30,405 nucleotides of DNA, from IMG/VR virus record IMGVR_UViG_3300040971_000257, positions 1 to 30,405 of that record; one strand, 5' to 3'. Below the pieces are notes generated by a model. It searched no databases, was not told the origin of the DNA, and saw only the letters and a list, made by a program, of their open reading frames with translations. The position numbers and the translations under genes were made by a program. Positions 16,826 to 25,667 of the stretch are shown here, piece by piece. The stretch comes from a virus. Its lineage: Duplodnaviria > Caudoviricetes. How positions within the stretch are numbered: position 1 is the stretch's first letter; every line of letters starts with the position of its first letter.

Positions 16826-16826
16826 C

Positions 16827-17657
16827 TTATATTCCTAAAAACCCTTCTACAATGGTTATTTTACATGATACGGGTGTAGCGACTCCGGGTCTGAACTCTA
16901 TCTCATAATTGCCATGATCTAAAAATAAAAAATTATCCTCTTCAAAATCTTGATGAGCATAAATTTCTGTGACTATCCCATTTTGGTTTATTATCATTTC
17001 TTGTTCACTTGGAATCGCATTTACTTTCAATGTGATATCTTCAGCAGTGAGAAAGAAACGCATCACTGACTGTACACTCCCATTCTTTTTTATCAATACC
17101 TCTGGGTCAATGACACTCCCAGATATCTCAATTACAAGAGGAGCTTGATGTAACCCGTCATTTTTAACACTTACTTTGCCTTCATATGAACTAGTATAAT
17201 GATATGGATACATATATGGATAGACTTTTCCGCTAGATGACCCATTTGCGATTATTTCATATGTTTTTTCTTTCAACCATAGCGATAGTTTCTTAAATAC
17301 AACGTTACTTTGTATTGTTGTTGCGACAAGTTCTGCCTTAGATAAACTTGCAATATCAACGTAACAATAGGCTTTAAATGCATCATTCTCATAATGCAGT
17401 TTCATTTTCGTGCTACTCAAACTGATATAATCAACAAATGATTTATATCCTTTATAGCCATCTAAGAATATCAGTGTTTCTGTTATTTCTGATAAGGGGA
17501 TATTATACTCGGATCGTGAATAAAAACGACTGTACTCTAAATACTTTAAATCAAGTGAAAACCCTAATCCACTGACTTGTGAGATTAGGGTTCTATTTTT
17601 ATGGTTAAAATAATATACATCACCGTATTCGTTTTCTAGATAAAACTGCCTGATCAT
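16827..17657 (-). CDS. Distal tail protein (Dit-like)
   Basis: Directly after the tape measure; MIRQFYLENEYG, YPYMYPYHY, VKNDG...AP motifs. Confidence 0.72.
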   Translation of the reverse strand: MIRQFYLENEYGDVYYFNHKNRTLISQVSGLGFSLDLKYLEYSRFYSRSEYNIPLSEITETLIFLDGYKGYKSFVDYISLSSTKMKLHYENDAFKAYCYVDIASLSKAELVATTIQSNVVFKKLSLWLKEKTYEIIANGSSSGKVYPYMYPYHYTSSYEGKVSVKNDGLHQAPLVIEISGSVIDPEVLIKKNGSVQSVMRFFLTAEDITLKVNAIPSEQEMIINQNGIVTEIYAHQDFEEDNFLFLDHGNYEIEFRPGVATPVSCKITIVEGFLGI

Positions 17658-19666
17658 ATCACACTACCTCCTAAAGCTGCATTGATGGAATCAATATCAA
17701 ACGTAGGCGAGGTTGTATTGATGGTGATATTGTTTGTATTTTGCGTTGATGAACTTGCATTCGCGTTATTATTTACAACACTAGTTCCTCTTAAGTTAAA
17801 TGTATCTGAAAAGAAATCACCAATCCCACCAAAGAAACCGCCCACTTTATCTGCAGCATCCGATGCAAAATCACTAATCCCATCCGTTACTTTACTAGCG
17901 ATATTAGAAATACCTTCAGTGACATTCGAAAAAGTATCTTTGACTTTGCCACCAAAGTCTCCAATTTTTGATGGTAAGTCGCCAATCCACTCAAATATTT
18001 TCTGGATAAATTCAACAATCTTCTGTACAACTGAAAGAACTGGTTCTAGCACTGTTTTTAGTACATTTATCGCTGGAACCAACACTGCAGTCAAAATCTC
18101 TCCGACTATTTGAATAAGCGGTGCTAGCATAGTTAGAATTTCAGCAAACATCTCAACTTGAGTGATTAATGGGATTAACAATACATCCAAAATTGGTGTC
18201 AATATATCTACGAGCATTACTACTAAATCAATGACAACATCTAAGATAGGTTGCAAGGCAGTCATTAGACTATCCACAATTGCCATAATAGGCGGGAGTA
18301 ACTGCATGAATGTTTCCATGAGTCTTCCAAGTAATGCCTTAAACTCTTCACTTTGAAACAAGGCTACAGCAATTATGGCGATCAGAGCACCAATCCCTAA
18401 GGTAGCTGCATTAATACCAACACCTGCAAAGATACCCGATGTTCCTACTGCTTTAAGTCCCATTGATGCAATATTTAAGAGTGGTCCTACTTTACCAACA
18501 ACAGATAACACAGGTCCAACAGCAGCAACAAATCCAACCAAAGTTGCGATCATCTTTTTGGTTCCACCATCAAGATTGTTAAACCTAGTTAGCCAATCCT
18601 TAAATGTTGGAATAATATCATCTTTTACTTTTATAATTAATTCTTGTAATACTGGTAATACCATTGATACAAGTTCAACACCCAGGCTTGATAAAGATTG
18701 CTTGGTCCGATCAAGTGCATCCGTGAACTCACCAGCTTGACTAGCCTGTTCATTGGTTACTATTCCCAGTTCTTGGGCTTCATTTTTTAAGTCATTAATG
18801 ACAGAAGCTTCACTTGATAATACAGGAATGATATCAGCAGCTACTCGCTCACTTAATAAATCATTTGCAACACCAACTCTGATTGCTTCATCTTCTACTT
18901 CACTTAAAGCATCACGAATTAAGTTAAATGCTTCATCGGTATTCTTACCTTCTAAATCATCAAGTGTTAACCCAATTAGTGATAAACTATCTGCGTACTT
19001 CTCACCATTTCCAGTAGCAATATCACCGAGCACACCATTGACTTTCATGAAGGCTCGTTCCATACGTTCTGTAGACACACCTAAGATAGTTGCTGAATGA
19101 TTCCATTCTTGCATTTGTTCTGCAGATAAGCCTAGTTTCTCAGCGGTATCACCTATTTCATCAGCCGTGTAAGCTGTCTTTACTGAAAATGCTGTCAAAG
19201 CAGAAACGGCTCCTAAAATAGGAACCGTTACACTTTTTGTTAAGGTTGATCCAAGTTTACCAATCTTTTCAAAATTCGCATTACTTAATTGTTTTATCTT
19301 ATCGCTTGTTCTTTCTAATTGCCCATTTAATTTTGCAATGGATGCTTCAGAGTATTGAACATTGCGTTTCAGTTTATTAAACTCTTCTTTACTCATGTCT
19401 CCAACTTGAACAGCTTTTTTTGCTTTTTCTAGTTCTTGATTTTGAGTAAGTAACTTCTTTTTTGTTTGAACTAATATATCATTAAGTTTGCCTTGTTTTT
19501 GCTTCCATAAATCTAAGTTAGTACTATCATATCGCAGGTTTGTATTAATCGCACGCAAGTCTTTATTCTGTTCTTTTAAATCTTTTTTAATACCTCGTAG
19601 TTCATTTTCTAAATCTTTACCATCAAGACTAAGTTTAATATTCAGTCCTTTGACTGTTTCTGCCAT
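17654..19666 (-). CDS. Tail tape measure protein
   Basis: 670 aa; VKGLNIKLSLDG N-terminus, coiled coil, hydrophobic segment and amphipathic helical repeats. Confidence 0.9.
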   Translation of the reverse strand: MAETVKGLNIKLSLDGKDLENELRGIKKDLKEQNKDLRAINTNLRYDSTNLDLWKQKQGKLNDILVQTKKKLLTQNQELEKAKKAVQVGDMSKEEFNKLKRNVQYSEASIAKLNGQLERTSDKIKQLSNANFEKIGKLGSTLTKSVTVPILGAVSALTAFSVKTAYTADEIGDTAEKLGLSAEQMQEWNHSATILGVSTERMERAFMKVNGVLGDIATGNGEKYADSLSLIGLTLDDLEGKNTDEAFNLIRDALSEVEDEAIRVGVANDLLSERVAADIIPVLSSEASVINDLKNEAQELGIVTNEQASQAGEFTDALDRTKQSLSSLGVELVSMVLPVLQELIIKVKDDIIPTFKDWLTRFNNLDGGTKKMIATLVGFVAAVGPVLSVVGKVGPLLNIASMGLKAVGTSGIFAGVGINAATLGIGALIAIIAVALFQSEEFKALLGRLMETFMQLLPPIMAIVDSLMTALQPILDVVIDLVVMLVDILTPILDVLLIPLITQVEMFAEILTMLAPLIQIVGEILTAVLVPAINVLKTVLEPVLSVVQKIVEFIQKIFEWIGDLPSKIGDFGGKVKDTFSNVTEGISNIASKVTDGISDFASDAADKVGGFFGGIGDFFSDTFNLRGTSVVNNNANASSSTQNTNNITINTTSPTFDIDSINAALGGSVI

Positions 19667-19695
19667 TGATACTCACCTTCTTCTTAGTTCAAAAT

Positions 19696-19729
19696 AAAAC
19701 ACCTATGTTAATAACAACATAAGTGTTTT
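19696..19729 (-). terminator. Intrinsic terminator closing the tRNA-like unit, directly upstream of the tape-measure gene
   Basis: Minus strand AAAACACTTATGTT-GTTATT-AACATAGGTGTTTT followed by ATTTT. Confidence 0.7.
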
Positions 19730-19768
19730 ATACTTAAAAATTTCACTGGGGCTATTCTCTATTTTTAC

Positions 19769-19924
19769 CGTGCTACCAATTACACTAATTCCCCAGAAGC
19801 TCCTCCAGTGAAATAAACTGTAATTAAAATAAGTATCATTCTAATTACCTCCTTAAGAGCAAATTTGATATTAATAGTGAACTCTATTCGTGGGATGGGG
19901 AATGTCAGAATCGAACTGACACTT
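19769..19924 (-). ncRNA. Circularly permuted tRNA-like RNA lacking an anticodon arm
   Basis: Minus strand: AAGT + T-arm GTCAG-TTCGATT-CTGAC (19920-19904) + ATTCCCC-A (19903-19896); 101-nt insert; then GGGGAAT-TA-GTGT-AATTGGTA-GCAC-G (19794-19769). Perfect 7-bp acceptor stem, 4-bp D stem and the invariant tRNA core residues. Confidence 0.75.
19780..19839 (-). CDS. 19-aa peptide MILILITVYFTGGASGELV inside the tRNA-like unit
   Basis: AAGGAGG (19854-19848) 8 nt before the ATG; the TAA stop lies in the D-arm. Confidence 0.5.
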   Translation of the reverse strand: MILILITVYFTGGASGELV

Positions 19925-19976
19925 GGAGCTAGTTCTATATACATGAAAAACTCAAAAGAATGTAATCCTTATAAAA

Positions 19977-19985
19977 ATTATAACA
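19977..19985 (-). promoter_or_regulatory. Extended -10 promoter for the tRNA-like unit
   Basis: TGTTATAAT (TGnTATAAT consensus) on the minus strand; predicts a start near 19970. Confidence 0.6.
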
Positions 19986-20012
19986 TAAGATATCAATATA
20001 ATAAAATCAATT

Positions 20013-20246
20013 TTAATACAGAAATTGATCGATATCTGATTGCGTTGCACGCCTACTTTTATTGCTACCTTGTATGACATTCATCTCAAGTTCAACAATC
20101 TCAAAATATGTATCCAAATCGAAGTTCTTTGTATCGCTAATCGATAAACCCAAATGAGCAAGATTAAAAATTATATTGGCCGTTATATTTTCAACATCAT
20201 TATTTCTTTGAGGGTGGTTTGCTTTTGTTTCCTTGTTGAAACGTCC
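20013..20246 (-). CDS. Tail assembly chaperone extension (gpT-like), reached by frameshift
   Basis: Frame without its own RBS/start: ...NDVENITANIIFNLAHLGLSISDTKNFDLDTYFEIVELEM...RRATQSDIDQFLY*; +1 relative to the chaperone frame. Confidence 0.72.
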   Translation of the reverse strand, partial: GRFNKETKANHPQRNNDVENITANIIFNLAHLGLSISDTKNFDLDTYFEIVELEMNVIQGSNKSRRATQSDIDQFLY

Positions 20247-20553
20247 CTAGCATTTCACCTATCGTATTTGTTAGATTTTGTAATTCATCCTGGTTGCTGA
20301 GAATGGTAAAGTCTAGTGACATTAGAAAATCATTGTATGATTGTTTACTAAAAGGACGTTGTAACACATAAATGATTTTAAATATCGTGTCGATGACAGT
20401 GGATAAGTCGTCCACTTTTTTAATGTTTGTTTTCTCTAGTTTCTTGATATCGCTAAATAGTTCAGTTGAGAATACATTTCGATAATCAATGATTGTGAAA
20501 AGTGATGAATGTAGGCGATATTCTTTATCACCTAGTGTTAGTATTTTTTCCAT
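20200..20553 (-). CDS. Tail assembly chaperone (gpG-like)
   Basis: 117 aa between major tail and tape measure genes. Confidence 0.8.
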   Translation of the reverse strand: MEKILTLGDKEYRLHSSLFTIIDYRNVFSTELFSDIKKLEKTNIKKVDDLSTVIDTIFKIIYVLQRPFSKQSYNDFLMSLDFTILSNQDELQNLTNTIGEMLGTFQQGNKSKPPSKK

Positions 20554-20567
20554 AAGTTACCTCTTTC

Positions 20568-21134
20568 TTAGATAAATGTTGGTAGTGCTGGCGCAGTAGT
20601 TAAGAAGCCATCATAGTTAGCATCCCCTACCCCAGCAATAATACGCAAGATCAAATCATTACCTGATTCAATTGGTCTAGCAGTAATGTTTAATGTAATT
20701 GAATTCGCTTCAATTGAATCTGCTTTTGATTTACTCGCATCACCTGATGGTGTAGCGGTACATAAGAAATACCAAATGCGTCTCGCTTTGATGTCACCTT
20801 GTATTTCATAACCAAGTGCAAATGTTTTAGTTTCGCCATTCACTACTTCTACTAAGTTTCCATTACTATCAGTTAACACGCCGAAGATGTCTTTTTTGAA
20901 TTCATCATCAATTTCGGTGAATTTCAGTGTCACATTTGTTCCAGAATTAGAAACCAAGGTTGCGATGACTTTATCATCAGCATACACCTGAGTGCTTCCA
21001 CCAATTGCTTCTGTTGTGATTTCTTGTGCACCTACTAATCGTTTTGGTGCTGCAAAGGTCCAACTCCCATCAATTGCTTGAGTGGCCAATGCATAATGAA
21101 CATTCTTTAACCCAAATGTTATTTTATTACTCAT
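20568..21134 (-). CDS. Major tail protein (phi13 family)
   Basis: KITFGLKNVHYA, YADD, FALGYEI...RRIWYF motifs. Confidence 0.9.
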   Translation of the reverse strand: MSNKITFGLKNVHYALATQAIDGSWTFAAPKRLVGAQEITTEAIGGSTQVYADDKVIATLVSNSGTNVTLKFTEIDDEFKKDIFGVLTDSNGNLVEVVNGETKTFALGYEIQGDIKARRIWYFLCTATPSGDASKSKADSIEANSITLNITARPIESGNDLILRIIAGVGDANYDGFLTTAPALPTFI

Positions 21135-21470
21135 TTAGTAAACCTCCTTTTTTATCTCGTACACTCTATTAACGGATCCGTCTTCATTGACAAACTCACT
21201 TAATAGATCAAACTCATAATTGTTAAAATATAGTGTTGCTTCTAAACGTTCTTCAATTAATAAATCTTTCTTTTCTGTAATCAAACTTATTTGAAATGTG
21301 CTAACCTTTGCAATAGCGACATCGTCTGCATAGACAATACTTCGGTTTGACAGTTCCTGATAAATGATATAGTTTGGATCACTTTCCAATCCTTCTCTGG
21401 TTCCATAGGATACCTTTCCTGGTAACACCGTCTCTAACGTAGAGAATAAGTGTTCAAGTAGTTCTTGCAT
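21135..21470 (-). CDS. Tail terminator / completion protein
   Basis: PNYIIY...YADD...FQISL pattern; position before the major tail gene. Confidence 0.7.
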   Translation of the reverse strand: MQELLEHLFSTLETVLPGKVSYGTREGLESDPNYIIYQELSNRSIVYADDVAIAKVSTFQISLITEKKDLLIEERLEATLYFNNYEFDLLSEFVNEDGSVNRVYEIKKEVY

Positions 21471-21862
21471 CAGCGATAACCTTTCTCAATAATGGATTTA
21501 ATGTCCTCTAACATCTTAGGTGTCAACAAGTCATATGCTGGTCTCATAAAAGATCTTGGTCCTACATACTTTCCACTTCGATGCGTAAAGCCAAACTCAA
21601 GTAGATGTGTGAGTTTTCCTTTGGTGTTAGAGTAGATACTAATCGTTTTATGAATGCCATCTCCTTGAGGGGAAGCCACAAAGGAATCAGCAAATGCTTT
21701 TGATCCACCACTCCTTGGTGCGTGCATCGCAATATACTTTACAATCTCTTCTGCTGTTTGATCGAGTCTCTTTTCAAGTTTCTTTATAATATCTTCTGCA
21801 TATTCATCAACCATCTCTTCAATCGCTGTACCTAGTTCATCAAGTGAAACCAATAACATCAC
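21470..21862 (-). CDS. HK97 gp10-like neck protein
   Basis: LTHLLEFG...G..V.PRSFMRPA motif. Confidence 0.82.
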   Translation of the reverse strand: MMLLVSLDELGTAIEEMVDEYAEDIIKKLEKRLDQTAEEIVKYIAMHAPRSGGSKAFADSFVASPQGDGIHKTISIYSNTKGKLTHLLEFGFTHRSGKYVGPRSFMRPAYDLLTPKMLEDIKSIIEKGYR

Positions 21863-22175
21863 TCTTTCTAATGTTAGTTTTACTTAAATAGAGTTCAATA
21901 AACTGGCCAATTTGATAAGTTCTTTCGATTTTATAAATGTCTACATTGATAGATACATATGTACTACCATCATAAAGAAAACTTTGAACTTTAATAAGAA
22001 GATCAATTTTTATATCTGAACGTTTGCTTTCATAATATTCCTGAGAAGTGATGCTTTTGTTGATGCCAATCACTTCTTTTTTTGTTTTTAATTGATACGC
22101 TTTTGTGCCTATTGAATTTTGAACCAACCCCATGGTTAAAAGTTCACACCTAATGTTGGGAGAGTTAGGATACAT
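21840..22175 (-). CDS. Head closure (head-tail adaptor) protein
   Basis: SITSQEYY...YDG...YKIERTY...IELYL pattern and position. Confidence 0.75.
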   Translation of the reverse strand: MYPNSPNIRCELLTMGLVQNSIGTKAYQLKTKKEVIGINKSITSQEYYESKRSDIKIDLLIKVQSFLYDGSTYVSINVDIYKIERTYQIGQFIELYLSKTNIRKSDVIGFT

Positions 22176-22461
22176 TATCTGTAGCTCCCTTTGTTAATGC
22201 TAATTGTTTCACTAGCATATCAAATGTCTTAGGTAGTTCTTTAGCACTCCCATCATTCTTAAATCCAAAGAATGTTTTAACATAGATGATAATAACTGTA
22301 CTTACCATGGGATTTGATTCATCATTAATATAAGATGGATTAATCCCACAGGTTTCAAGATATGACTTGCAACTACTTATATGAGAACTCAACTCATCAT
22401 CAGCAAATGATTCTGATAAGGGTATGAGTAGAGCTTTTTTCACAATATCCAATATGGCCAT
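22165..22461 (-). CDS. Head-tail connector (gp6/gp15-like)
   Basis: ILDIVKKAL...DDEL...YLETCGI; follows the capsid gene. Confidence 0.8.
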   Translation of the reverse strand: MAILDIVKKALLIPLSESFADDELSSHISSCKSYLETCGINPSYINDESNPMVSTVIIIYVKTFFGFKNDGSAKELPKTFDMLVKQLALTKGATDNVS

Positions 22462-22487
22462 GGGATCAATCCTTTCTTACTTCGTTA

Positions 22488-23624
22488 TTAGACTGCTGCT
22501 GCTTTTTTCTTAATACGTAAAAATCCGTTATAACCTACTACATTCCCACCAGTAAATACCGATGCTTTGTAGCTGATAATTCCGTCTTTGAATTTGTAGT
22601 CATTTGATTTGCTGATTTCAACAGGTGAGAACACTGGCACTTCATAATTCTTAAGCGCACCATAGGCAATTCCGTACTCTCCAGCTGCTGTGTTGCTATC
22701 AGTAATCGCTTTACAATTTGAGTTAATGATATATGGAATACCATCAATCGTTTTATGAACATAATCAATCGAGTGTACTTTACGACCTTCTTGTGTTTTA
22801 AGACCTGCAAAGGCACGTAAGTCATTCTTATTCAAGATAAGAACTGCGCCACCTTCGACTTCCTCATCCCCACCATAAGCAAAGACAATATCATCTAAAG
22901 TAGAATCAGTAATTGCTTCAATTTCAAGCGGTGCTTTATCAGCAAGAGCAATCGCTGCATCACTGAAGATTCCGGTGAATGTATTGGTTGTTCCTGCACC
23001 GCGTAAGATTTGCTCACTAATTTTCTTTTTCAGTGAGATGTTAATATTTCGTAACACTTCAGCTTGATAAGGAATTGAAGGCAATTTTTCTAACTCTTCA
23101 GTAATCTCTGTATAAGCCGTAATTTTTACTTTTGAGATTGTCAGATAACCGAATGTCGGTTCAGTTGTCGTATACGCTGCACCTTCCAGTGTAGTTCCTG
23201 CGACACCATTGCCTTTGACAAATGATTTTTTGTACGTTTCTCCACCAGTTAAATTGATCACATTCACTTTATCGACAAGTGTTGATACTTGAGAGAACGG
23301 TGCAGGCGTTAATCCTGGAGCAGTATGTTCTGGTAACAAGATTTCATCACTAGATACTTGAATCACACGGCTTTCTTTCATTGCCACAGCGCGTTCTTCT
23401 AATTTTTCTTTATCGACTTTGTTGCGGTTATCAATAACAATTGGTTTGAATTCTGTCTTTGAGGCAATTGACATCTTTTTGTCAATCACACTTCTCTCTT
23501 CTTGAAGCTCAGTTGTTTCTGTTTCTAATGCTTCAAGCTTGGTTAAATCTGTTTCACTATCAACAAGACCTCTGATCTCAGTCAGTCTTGATTCGATTTC
23601 TTGTTTTCTTAATTCTAAGTTCAT
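22488..23624 (-). CDS. Major capsid protein, HK97 fold
   Basis: N-terminal coiled-coil delta domain; EPTFG...TAYTEITEEL, ILRGAG, IDGIPY motifs. Confidence 0.93.
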   Translation of the reverse strand: MNLELRKQEIESRLTEIRGLVDSETDLTKLEALETETTELQEERSVIDKKMSIASKTEFKPIVIDNRNKVDKEKLEERAVAMKESRVIQVSSDEILLPEHTAPGLTPAPFSQVSTLVDKVNVINLTGGETYKKSFVKGNGVAGTTLEGAAYTTTEPTFGYLTISKVKITAYTEITEELEKLPSIPYQAEVLRNINISLKKKISEQILRGAGTTNTFTGIFSDAAIALADKAPLEIEAITDSTLDDIVFAYGGDEEVEGGAVLILNKNDLRAFAGLKTQEGRKVHSIDYVHKTIDGIPYIINSNCKAITDSNTAAGEYGIAYGALKNYEVPVFSPVEISKSNDYKFKDGIISYKASVFTGGNVVGYNGFLRIKKKAAAV

Positions 23625-23632
23625 GATTCCTC

Positions 23633-24223
23633 CTAAATTTGTGATTTAATTTTGATACGTTTTCGAATGATTTTTGATTGTTCTTCTTGCTCTACCATAT
23701 CCATAGCCTTTAGTTCCAACTCCATGGACTCTAAAGAACGAGCATATATACTAGTTGCATCATATGCCGGGGTATCCACAACCGACACATCATACAATCG
23801 TTCAATTTTTGTAATGGTTCGTTTTGGTATTTTTCCTTCTCGATTCCAGACTTGTTCATCAACCGTAAAGGCAAAGCTCATTTTATCCAAGAGCCCACTT
23901 CGTACCATCTTATAAATGTCTTGATTTGTATTGGTATCAAGTAGTTCTGCCCTTACTTTTAATCCTTTATTATCAATGGTTAATGTAAGTGATTTGTTTC
24001 TCGTTCTAGCTAAAATTAAAAAGGAGTCCATATGATTATATTTCATCGGAACATCCTTCATTTTCGTTTCTGATAAAGCTCTATTATCAATTTCTTCTAT
24101 AAAGCCATACTCTTCATCACCAATTAACGTTTCACTGTTAAAAACGATTGCGTATCCTTCAATGATCATCTTGTCGTCTTCTTCATGAAGGGTAACATCT
24201 GCTAGTCTAGTTTCCTTTAGCAT
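23633..24223 (-). CDS. HK97-family prohead protease
   Basis: IEGYAIVFN, YNH, KMSFAF, LYDVSVVDTPAY. Confidence 0.93.
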   Translation of the reverse strand: MLKETRLADVTLHEEDDKMIIEGYAIVFNSETLIGDEEYGFIEEIDNRALSETKMKDVPMKYNHMDSFLILARTRNKSLTLTIDNKGLKVRAELLDTNTNQDIYKMVRSGLLDKMSFAFTVDEQVWNREGKIPKRTITKIERLYDVSVVDTPAYDATSIYARSLESMELELKAMDMVEQEEQSKIIRKRIKIKSQI

Positions 24224-24431
24224 TTTTCCTTACCTCTACTTTCTTTGCCGGCGTTTTTGGTTTCTTTGGTTCTTTTGAATATACATATTCTAGTTCTGAA
24301 TCTTTGTATTCAAGTGAATCCAGTTTTTCCTTATTACAATATTCATCAATCACACTGACTTTTTTCTTTTGGGTTTCTAGGATTGACTTCAGTGCTTCTT
24401 CTGATATCTTTCCATTAATCGTTATTTTCAT
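24207..24431 (-). CDS. Hypothetical phage protein
   Basis: 74-aa ORF overlapping both the portal stop and the protease start, with a GAGG RBS. Confidence 0.6.
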   Translation of the reverse strand: MKITINGKISEEALKSILETQKKKVSVIDEYCNKEKLDSLEYKDSELEYVYSKEPKKPKTPAKKVEVRKNAKGN

Positions 24432-25635
24432 CAGGCTTTTCCTCCTTGGTTCCTACTTGATATAAGTTTGCTTTGTCCGCATCGACAAAGTTTAATGATT
24501 GTAATCGTTTATGGCCATCCTCAATTGGTTCTAATCCTAAAAGTGCTCTTGATTCATTTAAACTCATAATTCCTAAACTCATGAGTTTTTCAATCGCAGT
24601 GACTTTTGTATTCCAAGACGCATATTGTAGACGCTCACTATAAAATACAATTTCCTCACCACGTTCTAATTGATTATCTGTCAGTAGTCCTATAGAAAAA
24701 GCCTCGCTTAATTGAATAGCAAGAGGCTCTATTGTTGACTCATAAAATGAGTTATATTCATCTTCTGTATATTTGCTAGTAAAGATTGGGACAGATACAC
24801 CAAAGTAATCTAGTATTTTTGATTGTAAAAATTCAAGTGTATCTTTATCAATGAGCTTTGGATCTACTTCTAAAGGTAAATACTCCGATTTTAAATCAAT
24901 AGGGATGATCGAGCTACCCTTGTTTTCTACTGACTCAGATAATGCAGCATCGAATAACTCTCGTTGTTTCTTCTTGTCGGCTTCTGAAAGCATTCCATTC
25001 ATCTTCAAGATTCCTTTAATCTGCATAGATGATTTCACGGCATTATCAATTCCTTGGAGCAAACTATCATTGATTGATATGGTTTTTAAAACTGCCTCAT
25101 GATCACCAGTTGATCCAGTGCCACCAAAGATATCATTTTGCCCATAACGCTTTCTTAAATGGATAATATTATCATATGGCAAGGTATGTGATTTACCATT
25201 ATCAAAGAGAAACTTTATGTAATATGTATCAGAGGAATCAACTATCATTTCAACTGTAAGTGGTTTGATTGGATAAATGCCTTTCAGTTCACCTGTTGTT
25301 TTATCAAACTTAGGATATATAAACGCGTTATCATTTAATAGCAGTAAGGTTATTATCTTATAGATAAAATCATATGGAGTCATGATTTCATTTGGTTTAT
25401 ATTTCAAAAGAAAAGACAGCTTCCCTGATTTCTCAGTTACTGTCTTATCGTTTTCGTTTTTAATATACCTTGGTTTCAGCTTTGCACACTGGCTAGCCAC
25501 TCGATCAATACAAATCTTTACAACATCACTCTTTGATATATTAGATCCAAATGGTGTATAAAATTTATTTAGGTTACTGATTAACTGGAGTGCATCAAAT
25601 GATCCAGTTTTTTTCTTTCGTTTAAATAGTGGCAT
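24415..25635 (-). CDS. Phage portal protein, HK97 family
   Basis: LLKYKPNEIMT, IIHLR, YFGVS, FYESTIEP, MSLNESRALLGLEP. Confidence 0.93.
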   Translation of the reverse strand: MPLFKRKKKTGSFDALQLISNLNKFYTPFGSNISKSDVVKICIDRVASQCAKLKPRYIKNENDKTVTEKSGKLSFLLKYKPNEIMTPYDFIYKIITLLLLNDNAFIYPKFDKTTGELKGIYPIKPLTVEMIVDSSDTYYIKFLFDNGKSHTLPYDNIIHLRKRYGQNDIFGGTGSTGDHEAVLKTISINDSLLQGIDNAVKSSMQIKGILKMNGMLSEADKKKQRELFDAALSESVENKGSSIIPIDLKSEYLPLEVDPKLIDKDTLEFLQSKILDYFGVSVPIFTSKYTEDEYNSFYESTIEPLAIQLSEAFSIGLLTDNQLERGEEIVFYSERLQYASWNTKVTAIEKLMSLGIMSLNESRALLGLEPIEDGHKRLQSLNFVDADKANLYQVGTKEEKPDENND

Positions 25636-25667
25636 TCAAATCCTCCAAACAAAAAGGTAAATATGTA

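Noticed and set aside
19769-19924. Two-piece tmRNA or a functional decoding tRNA
   Set aside because: No G3-U70 alanine determinant, has a real D stem, no room for a tag domain before the terminator, and no anticodon stem-loop can be formed.
19865-20077. 70-aa plus-strand ORF from the track
   Set aside because: TTG start without an RBS; antisense to the tRNA-like unit and the gpT frame.
20224-20236. -1 slippery site A-GGA-AAC in the tail chaperone
   Set aside because: The -1 frame terminates within a few codons after the chaperone stop; the gpT-like sequence is in the +1 frame.
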